From assembly GCA_038327915.1 (NCBI GenBank), contig JBBQLO010000002.1, forward strand, positions 1-50,454: DNA of 50,454 nt, read 5' to 3'. Numbering within the stretch: the first letter of the stretch is position 1; every line of letters begins with the position of its first letter. Both the position numbers and the translations under genes were made by a program. The stretch is from Parcubacteria group bacterium. GTDB lineage: Bacteria; Patescibacteriota; Minisyncoccia; Phycocordibacterales; DATDWN01. The notes under the pieces were generated by a model. That model saw only the letters and a program-made list of their open reading frames with translations, was not told the DNA's origin and searched no databases. This document shows, piece by piece, positions 43,923 through 50,454 of the stretch.

Positions 43923-45074
43923 TTAGCTCGAGTATCCCAGTTTCTCTAATTCATAAATAACAGGCGAGAGACCATATCGAACAAAAGCTCGAAGAGAATC
44001 ATGCGGCCGTATAAAATCTGCAATTGGAGGGCTGATTTTATAATATCCAGCTACGAAAGCTCTACCTACCTTTGACTTGAGTAATGCATTGTCTCGGAAG
44101 TGACGCAATACCATGACTTGTGGTTCCATGTATGTACCATATGCTGCGGTAGCAATGAAACAATGTCCAGAAGTAGAAGCAGTCGTACTTGCGATTTTTG
44201 CCTGGCATGTAAGAGTTAAGGATTGGTTAGAATTTTGAATTAACACCGTGGCAGTTTTAATACCTTCCGTTGAATATACTATTGCAGGATTACTCGTGGT
44301 CGAAGCTGTAAGATAGTCTCCCGACCATACGTATGTTGTCGACGCAACCGATCCGGATTGAGCTGATGCATTCCATGCCACAGTCATACCTGATACAGAG
44401 GGTGTACAACTTCCGGTGAGTGAAGAATTGCTGACAGCGCTAGTCTCGGGAGGTACATTGTGAATATCGGCACTACACATAAGACTCCCTGTTTGGAATC
44501 CAGAGGTAAATTGAACGATACCGGTTTTTAATCCCGATGTTGTGTATGTTTTACTTGTACCAGACAAAGAATCGAAGAGACCATCTGTACCAGACCACGA
44601 GTATCTTGTGCTTGTGGAATAATCCGTACTATTGATATACGAATTCCAATTGATAGTATAGTGTCCATTTATATTTAGTCCGACATTTACAGAACAGGTG
44701 CCGGTTACAACTGACTGACTGACAGTTACGATGCCAGTGCAAGATGTAGAGACACTTTGATTATCTTGTGATATAGCTCGAACCGTCGCCATCTTACTTC
44801 CAACAGTATCATACAAAATAGTGGCGGAGGAAGCGGAAGAACTTAGCCCAGAAAGATTATCTGTACCGCTCCATTGATATACATACGGGGTTACTCCCCC
44901 TGAAGTATATGCGGTCCATGTTATAGGTGCACCCACAATAGAAGTCGTTGTGCTCGGGGTACAAGTTGCAACGAGAGGTCTTGAAGCAGTCGCTTGCTGT
45001 GCGTATGTCAATCGAACGAAACCAATCGGTAATCCTCCCAAAATGACAACAGAAATGATAATTTTTTTCCACAT
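43923..45074 (-). CDS. Secreted protein with three PKD/Ig-like repeats and a C-terminal CFIATAAYG-type module
   Basis: Signal peptide. Three ~80-aa Cys-bounded repeats each contain Y-x-WSG(T/D). C-terminus is [28 protein letters not shown]...[12 protein letters not shown]. Confidence 0.75.
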   Translation of the reverse strand: MWKKIIISVVILGGLPIGFVRLTYAQQATASRPLVATCTPSTTTSIVGAPITWTAYTSGGVTPYVYQWSGTDNLSGLSSSASSATILYDTVGSKMATVRAISQDNQSVSTSCTGIVTVSQSVVTGTCSVNVGLNINGHYTINWNSYINSTDYSTSTRYSWSGTDGLFDSLSGTSKTYTTSGLKTGIVQFTSGFQTGSLMCSADIHNVPPETSAVSNSSLTGSCTPSVSGMTVAWNASAQSGSVASTTYVWSGDYLTASTTSNPAIVYSTEGIKTATVLIQNSNQSLTLTCQAKIASTTASTSGHCFIATAAYGTYMEPQVMVLRHFRDNALLKSKVGRAFVAGYYKISPPIADFIRPHDSLRAFVRYGLSPVIYELEKLGYSS

Positions 45075-45181
45075 ATTTATGTTAAATTTATACTCATAAC
45101 TTCTTTATCCACACATAATGCAAATATTTAATAAAAAATAATTTTTAATTCGTATTTTAATTCTCGCCTTTACTCATGACG

Positions 45182-46429
45182 CTACTCATACCGCAAAGCA
45201 TCAATTGGGTTTTTCTTTCCTGCTTGGCGAGCTGGATAAATACCAAAACCAATACCCGCCGCAGCCGACACGCCAATACCCAGGACGACAGCGATTAGTG
45301 GAAAAGAGAAAACCCATCCTAGAGTAGGAGAAAATGCAGTGATACCAAAATACAAAAGTCCTACAACAAGAGCACCCCCAAGAATCCCAATAATACCACC
45401 AACTAATGTCAATAATACTGATTCAATTAAAAATTGTTCCAAAATATCTTTGTCCGTTGCACCGACTGCCTTACGAAGACCGATTTCTCGAGTACGCTCG
45501 GTCACTGCGACCAGCATAATATTCATAATACCAATACCACCGACAATAAGTGAAATCGAAGCAATAGCAGCTAAAAACAGAGTAAGGGTTGAAGTAATTG
45601 TCCCAAGAATAGACAGGATATCAGCTTGCGTCTGAATAGTAAAATCATCTTTATTGGCGCTGATAATGTTGTGATTTTGCCGGAGTATAGATGCAATGCG
45701 AGATTTCACAAAATCAATTGTATATGTTGGATTCGCAGATATTATAATATCGGTAAAATAATCTGTTCCAAGTAATTGTTTCTGAGCGACTGTAAAAGGA
45801 ATTATGACAATGTTGTCCTGGTTTACACCACCTGGACCTGTGCCTTTTTTCTCCAAAACCCCAACAACACGAAACGTTGTATTTGAAAGACGAATGGTCT
45901 TACCCACTGGTTCTAGATTATTAAAAAGCGTTGCAGCGAGTTCTGATCCGATAACTGCAACATGGTTGAATGATTGAACATCACTCTGGCTAAATGGATA
46001 TCCATCCGTAGTTTTAAAATTTCGTACCATAAAAAAGTTTTCCGGGACACCGTCATAAGTGACTCTCACATCGTTATCTCCGAAGATAGCTTTACCTTGT
46101 CCACGAACTTCAACCGTAGCCGCTGTGATAGAAGGCTCGCGCGAAAGAGTCTCAACATCTTGTTGTTTGAGGCTTTTAACGACAATACCTTGAGCTGCCG
46201 CCGGTGATGAAAATTTACCTGATGTTGAACCACCAGGAAGAATAAATACCAAATTTGATCCAATACCTTGCACCTGATTAAGGATTAGAGACTGGGCTGA
46301 ATTACCAATAGACATAAGGATAATAACCGAAGCAATACCAATAACGATGCCAAGCATTGTTAAAATAGATCGCATTTTACCATGCGTCAGTGAGCGAGTT
46401 GCTGTTTTGAAAGCGTCTTGAATAAGCAT
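45182..46429 (-). CDS. MacB-type ABC permease (MacB_PCD plus FtsX domain)
   Basis: 415 aa. N-terminal TM, a ~220-aa extracytoplasmic domain, three C-terminal TM segments, and ERTREIGLRKAVGA (FtsX motif). Confidence 0.9.
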   Translation of the reverse strand: MLIQDAFKTATRSLTHGKMRSILTMLGIVIGIASVIILMSIGNSAQSLILNQVQGIGSNLVFILPGGSTSGKFSSPAAAQGIVVKSLKQQDVETLSREPSITAATVEVRGQGKAIFGDNDVRVTYDGVPENFFMVRNFKTTDGYPFSQSDVQSFNHVAVIGSELAATLFNNLEPVGKTIRLSNTTFRVVGVLEKKGTGPGGVNQDNIVIIPFTVAQKQLLGTDYFTDIIISANPTYTIDFVKSRIASILRQNHNIISANKDDFTIQTQADILSILGTITSTLTLFLAAIASISLIVGGIGIMNIMLVAVTERTREIGLRKAVGATDKDILEQFLIESVLLTLVGGIIGILGGALVVGLLYFGITAFSPTLGWVFSFPLIAVVLGIGVSAAAGIGFGIYPARQAGKKNPIDALRYE

Positions 46430-46452
46430 GTATGTTTTTTTATAATTCTTAA

Positions 46453-47163
46453 TTATTTGATGAATTCTTGCTTACTGTTGCGCGTCTTAACAACTGGAGT
46501 ATCACTTTCAAGAAGTCCGTCGCGCACCCGAAGAATACGATTAGCAAATTCAGCAGTATATGTCTCATGAGTGACGAGAACGATAGTACGGCCTCGCTTA
46601 TGCAAGCCTTCAAGTATTTCCATAACCTGTGCTCCTGATGCTGAATCGAGATTCCCCGTTGGTTCATCGGCAAAAATAACGTTTGGATCTGTAACAAGTG
46701 CTCGAGCAATAGCTACTCTCTGTTTCTGTCCGCCAGAGAGTCTACCCGCTTCGCTATACAATTTCTCTGCAAGCCCAACCGATCGTACAGCTTCCTCAAC
46801 AAGGGCCTTGCGTTCGTTTGGAGCAACATTTGAATATAAAAGCGGAATCTCAACGTTGTCATACACAGACAAACGCGCAAGTAGATTAAAAGATTGAAAA
46901 ATAAATCCCATGTCAGAATTTCGAACATGAGCTAATTCCCTGTCATCCATTTCATTAATTCCTTTTCCGAGGAAGGTGTACGATCCTCCCGTTGGACGAT
47001 CAAGGAAAGAAAGAATATGAAGTAATGTAGATTTACCCGAGCCAGAAGGGCCCATGATAGAAACAAATTCACCTTTTTTAATAGTAAAACTCACACCTGC
47101 CAAAGCAAGAGTTGGAGTTTCACCTTCTAAGTATTCTTTTTTCATATCACGAACTTCAATCAT
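46453..47163 (-). CDS. ABC transporter ATP-binding protein (MacB/LolD-like)
   Basis: [41 protein letters not shown]. Confidence 0.93.
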   Translation of the reverse strand: MIEVRDMKKEYLEGETPTLALAGVSFTIKKGEFVSIMGPSGSGKSTLLHILSFLDRPTGGSYTFLGKGINEMDDRELAHVRNSDMGFIFQSFNLLARLSVYDNVEIPLLYSNVAPNERKALVEEAVRSVGLAEKLYSEAGRLSGGQKQRVAIARALVTDPNVIFADEPTGNLDSASGAQVMEILEGLHKRGRTIVLVTHETYTAEFANRILRVRDGLLESDTPVVKTRNSKQEFIK

Positions 47164-47231
47164 CTTACTTTTTTTACTAATCTTTTTAACATCTTACTTT
47201 TTTACAAACCTTCATAATGAGTTAACACTTT

Positions 47232-48806
47232 CTACTGCTTTAGTCCAATATTCTGAACTTGCTCACCTTCCGTCACTCCCGAAAGAACTTCGACGTTACC
47301 GTTTTGATCTTGAATACCTAATGTAATTCTCGTACTAGTAGAAATCCCTCCGATAGTTGTCCGTACAAATGTTCCCGTATCATTTTGAAGCACTGCGTAT
47401 TGAGGTAAAATAAGCACATTTGTATTAGTTTTAGTTTTAATAGTTAAATTTGCAGTCAATCCAGACTTGATCTGAGTATTATTTCCTGCGAAAGATATTT
47501 TTATTTTGTACTGAACAACACCTTGATTTACCGTCTGTGCAGGATCAATGTAAAAAACTTTGCCACTGAATATCTGACCAGGAAATGCATCAAACGTCAT
47601 GTCTACTATATCGCCAACGGCAACTTTACCTATATCTGTTTCTGGTACTTGCGAATCAACTTCAAGTTGATTATTAGATATAACCGCCACAAGAATGACT
47701 CCGGGCGATGCAATTTGACCGTTTTTTGCATCAAACTGTGTAACGACACCATCGATGGGAGCAATAATTCGTGAATTAGAAAATTTAGCTTGAATACTAG
47801 CAACAGCTGCCTCAGCTTGTTTAATCTGTGCTTGCTGAGCCATGATGTCTTGTTGACTTGCACCAATTTTTTTCAATGTAAGCACTGCTCCTGCTTGTGC
47901 GATGATAGATTTTTGAGAAGCAATATTTTGTGTAATAGTATTAAGGTTTTTAGATGCTGTGTTTACTTCTGTGAGAGCGAAAGCCAGATTTGATTTGTAT
48001 ATACCCAGTGTCGTCACGTCAAGACTTGTTGCACCATTAAGAGCCGTGCTCATATTCAAAATATACTGCCGGATGTCTGAGAGATTGCTGAGACTACTCG
48101 ATATAATCCTAGCAACGTCACTGTCTGTGGGAGAGAAACCGAACGGAACATTAAAAATACTATTCTGCCAATTTATTAATGTCGTCGCTAAAACTAAACG
48201 CTCTGCTTTTGCATCATTTGCAGGTTGAGTATTACTCGTATTAAAGGTGAGTTGAATATTAGAATTTTCAGCATTCGAAAAAAAAGTAGATGTTTGTGTT
48301 CGAATGGCATCATTACCTTTAGCATATGAATCGTTTACCGCATCCGCTGTACTCGAATAGATATTAGTGAGATCCTGAACTGATTTATCAACTGAAGCCT
48401 GTGATGCAGCAATATCCTCGCCACGTGTGCCAGCCAAGAGTCCATTGAGCCTTGCCACTTGAGCGTCTACGTTTGCTTGCGCCTGAGCACTTTGTGCTCC
48501 GAGGTCGGACGTATTAAGACTTGCCAAAAGTGTTCCTGTAGTAACCGACTGCCCTACCGATGCCCCCGTATATGAAATAGTTCCTCCACTGTTAAACCCT
48601 AACAACACGCTATGAATAGGGGTTGTATTACCGGTAACAGAAACTGATTCAGTAATGGAACCCCGAGTAACAACCACTGTTTGTGATACCTTTTTTGTTT
48701 GGTGAGCCAAAAAATAGAAAACAATAAGGATAACAACAACAACTCCTGCACCAATAAAAGTTTTTGAGCGAACAAACTGACCGAGCTTTTTAGAATTTGA
48801 AAACAT
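47232..48806 (-). CDS. HlyD/MacA-like membrane-fusion (periplasmic adaptor) protein with an unusually long hairpin insert
   Basis: N-terminal TM, lipoyl and beta-barrel segments (ITESVSVTGNT..., IIAPIDGVV..., GDIVDMTFDAFPG). About 250 aa of Ala/Ser/Thr/Asn/Gln-rich predicted coiled coil lies between them. Confidence 0.8.
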   Translation of the reverse strand: MFSNSKKLGQFVRSKTFIGAGVVVVILIVFYFLAHQTKKVSQTVVVTRGSITESVSVTGNTTPIHSVLLGFNSGGTISYTGASVGQSVTTGTLLASLNTSDLGAQSAQAQANVDAQVARLNGLLAGTRGEDIAASQASVDKSVQDLTNIYSSTADAVNDSYAKGNDAIRTQTSTFFSNAENSNIQLTFNTSNTQPANDAKAERLVLATTLINWQNSIFNVPFGFSPTDSDVARIISSSLSNLSDIRQYILNMSTALNGATSLDVTTLGIYKSNLAFALTEVNTASKNLNTITQNIASQKSIIAQAGAVLTLKKIGASQQDIMAQQAQIKQAEAAVASIQAKFSNSRIIAPIDGVVTQFDAKNGQIASPGVILVAVISNNQLEVDSQVPETDIGKVAVGDIVDMTFDAFPGQIFSGKVFYIDPAQTVNQGVVQYKIKISFAGNNTQIKSGLTANLTIKTKTNTNVLILPQYAVLQNDTGTFVRTTIGGISTSTRITLGIQDQNGNVEVLSGVTEGEQVQNIGLKQ

Positions 48807-49003
48807 ATATTTAAAACAATTTATTGTAAGAATGAATAAAAATTGAAAATTTTAATTACGCCATCTTAAAGCTATTAATAGCATTTTATATAACACAAGT
48901 CAATGGTATTTTAATTATTTGTTGACAGCAACATTTTATACAGATTTTTTAATTTTTTATTTCGTTTTATTTCTATTTGAATTCATATGCCTCAATACAC
49001 AAC

Positions 49004-50200
49004 CTATTTAATAATTCCCAGCCTCCCAAGCGCCTGGAAAGTAAAAACAACTCCAATACACGTAATCACCAAAGAACTAGCCAGGGGAACGTATTTGAAA
49101 AAACGATTTGATCCGCTAAAACGAGAAAGAAATGGTTTCGCTAAAACTATGATTACTCCAATCCCAATAAGAACTCCAGCAAGACCAATACTAAATGCAA
49201 TTACAATAAAAATTCCAAATACAATTCTGTTCAAAGCAATTGCAATAAGAAGGACGACAAGTGCATCTGCACACGGGATGATTCCTCCAGATATGCCGAG
49301 CGACAAAAGGCTACCAAATGAAATTTCTGAATCCTTGCCATTCAGCCATCCTTTTACTTTTTGTAAAAGTCCGGTGTCGTGGGTATGACTATGGCCTCCA
49401 TGCGAATGTGCATGTCCATGACCGTGAGAATGTTCATGGCCGTGATGATTCTCGTGTTCGTGTGTATGTGTGTGTGGATGTTCGTGCAAATGTGTCGCGA
49501 CGAGTGGCTGCACATGAGTATGATGTTCTGGATATGGATGAGTGTGAGCAACTGTTTCCTTCCTCACCTTTGAAGTTTTAAATCTTCGAAAAAATGCTGA
49601 CGTCCCGATACTTACTATCATAAGGCCCGACAAAAGCGTCAACCAAGGAAAGAGAGTTTGAGGTAAAATATACTGAGATGCAAAAAGTGCAATAAGCCCA
49701 AGAAATATAACACTGGAAGTGTGAGTGATTGTAACAATAATTCCAAGAACAACAGCATCCCTCACTCGTCCTTTCGTACCTATAAGATATGCCCCGACCA
49801 TTGTTTTGCCATGACCAGGTGTGAGTGCGTGTAAAGCACCAAGTATAATCGAAAAAAAAATGGTAAATACCATAAAACCAAAACCCAAATTTGGTTGTCG
49901 TATGGCGTCTTTTAAATACTGACTTATGCGTGAACCACCAAAAGCATAGTTTGATCCTCCTGCATTAATTGCTTTAATAAGTTCTTCCGGAGTTTTATAC
50001 TTCTGTGCGACTTGCGGGTCATTCTGTTGAGCATAGTTTTGAATTTCAGCAGGAGTTGCGTTTGGATGATTTTTTACATAATTTAAAAGATCGGCTGGAA
50101 TAAGATCATCTGCAAATATTTTCTGTATGGAAAAAAAAGAAAAAAATGTAAAAAAAAGAATGAATAATACAAAACTATTTCGAATAAAATTTTGCTTCAT
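49004..50200 (-). CDS. rcnA: NicO/RcnA-type nickel-cobalt exporter with an N-terminal extracytoplasmic domain and a ~55-aa His-rich loop
   Basis: ALTPGHGKTMVGAYL and ITHTSSV are signature helices. Loop is HTHPYPEHHTHV...HLHEHPHTHTHEHENHHGHEHSHGHGHAHSHGGHSHTHD. Confidence 0.8.
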   Translation of the reverse strand: MKQNFIRNSFVLFILFFTFFSFFSIQKIFADDLIPADLLNYVKNHPNATPAEIQNYAQQNDPQVAQKYKTPEELIKAINAGGSNYAFGGSRISQYLKDAIRQPNLGFGFMVFTIFFSIILGALHALTPGHGKTMVGAYLIGTKGRVRDAVVLGIIVTITHTSSVIFLGLIALFASQYILPQTLFPWLTLLSGLMIVSIGTSAFFRRFKTSKVRKETVAHTHPYPEHHTHVQPLVATHLHEHPHTHTHEHENHHGHEHSHGHGHAHSHGGHSHTHDTGLLQKVKGWLNGKDSEISFGSLLSLGISGGIIPCADALVVLLIAIALNRIVFGIFIVIAFSIGLAGVLIGIGVIIVLAKPFLSRFSGSNRFFKYVPLASSLVITCIGVVFTFQALGRLGIIK

Positions 50201-50201
50201 A

Positions 50202-50454
50202 TTATAGATTTTTTAAAGCTTTATGTGCTTTGTTATATTGTAATATTGAAAAGTAAGGATTCTGTGCAATGGATTTTGCAAGTAACCTTTTTGCAACAAC
50301 TGTGTCCCCACTCCTGAGCGCAATAATCCCCTCGTGAAAAAGTATAAGAGGATCTGTCTCACCAAGCTGGAAAGCACTTGCTCTATATTGTATTGCGTTT
50401 GTTACATTTTCACTTATGTAGAAAGCCCATGCAAGATTATCTGCGGCATATACG
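50202..50454 (-). CDS. 3' end of a CDS entering from the right edge (TPR-like helical repeat C-terminus)
   Basis: Minus-strand frame reads ...VYAADNLAWAFYISENVTNAIQYRASAFQLGETDPLILFHEGIIALRSGDTVVAKRLLAKSIAQNPYFSILQYNKAHKALKNL*. Its stop lies 1 nt before the start of the rcnA-like gene. Confidence 0.4.
   Translation of the reverse strand, partial: VYAADNLAWAFYISENVTNAIQYRASAFQLGETDPLILFHEGIIALRSGDTVVAKRLLAKSIAQNPYFSILQYNKAHKALKNL

Noticed and set aside
49375-49550. Low-complexity CAT/GTG-rich DNA that looks like a tandem repeat
   Set aside because: It is the coding sequence of the His-rich loop of the RcnA-like protein, not a non-coding repeat. The two plus-strand ORFs there (49318-49581 and 49379-49573) are shadows.
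1-50454. Alternative genetic code (UGA as Gly, as in Gracilibacteria/Absconditabacteria)
   Set aside because: TGA terminates well-conserved genes at their expected ends, for example the photolyase at 8036-8038. No conserved ORF needs TGA read-through.
1-50454. CRISPR arrays, rRNA or tRNA genes
   Set aside because: I saw no regularly spaced direct repeats with unique spacers and no tRNA-like cloverleaf or rRNA-like GC-rich blocks on either strand. A tRNAscan, Infernal and CRISPR-finder run should confirm this.

Overview
AT-rich, tightly packed bacterial chromosome segment using the standard code (TGA, TAG and TAA all end well-conserved genes). The gene content looks like a Patescibacteria/CPR (Parcubacteria-like) genome, though this is inference only. 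It includes a DUF5671-type membrane protein, a type IV pilin-like protein, a sigma-region-4/HARE-HTH protein, two MltG paralogs, many small secreted or unknown proteins and very little biosynthesis. I found no rRNA, tRNA, CRISPR array or intact mobile element by eye.

Confidently recognised genes: dinB-like Y-family polymerase, two LexA paralogs, two photolyase-family genes plus DUF2256, HxlR regulator with a nitroreductase, acyltransferase-3, a PAS histidine kinase with a receiver protein, secreted GH18 and CE4 enzymes, uppP, an AI-2E transporter, an SGNH hydrolase, mscL, msrB, mltG (x2), leuS, ychF, zwf, a GT2, two ABC systems (one MacB/FtsX type with an HlyD-like adaptor) and an RcnA/NicO-type metal exporter.

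Most interesting observations:
1. Two autocleavage-competent LexA paralogs each sit behind the identical operator core GAACGAGCGTTC. One drives lexA-dinB. The other drives an operon with two unknown genes that are candidate SOS effectors.
2. A 19-nt GC-rich palindromic element occurs twice in inverted orientation. The copies bracket a pilin-like gene cassette, and one copy abuts a 5'-truncated Nudix-like gene fragment.
3. An 1131-aa single polypeptide fuses GH18-like, CE4 deacetylase and processive GT2 synthase domains. A hairpin-rich, terminator-ended candidate RNA or leader lies just upstream.
4. A histidine kinase carries an N-terminal excisionase/MerR-type HTH. It is followed by a receiver protein and a stand-alone DHp-like mini-protein.
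5. A MacB-type exporter operon lies next to a PKD-like repeat protein that ends in a CFIATAAYG-type C-terminal module.
6. A photolyase-related (FeS-BCP/DPRP family) gene appears to lack the Cys ligands expected for the family's [4Fe-4S] cluster.

All functional calls rest on motif recognition by eye. No database search was run.
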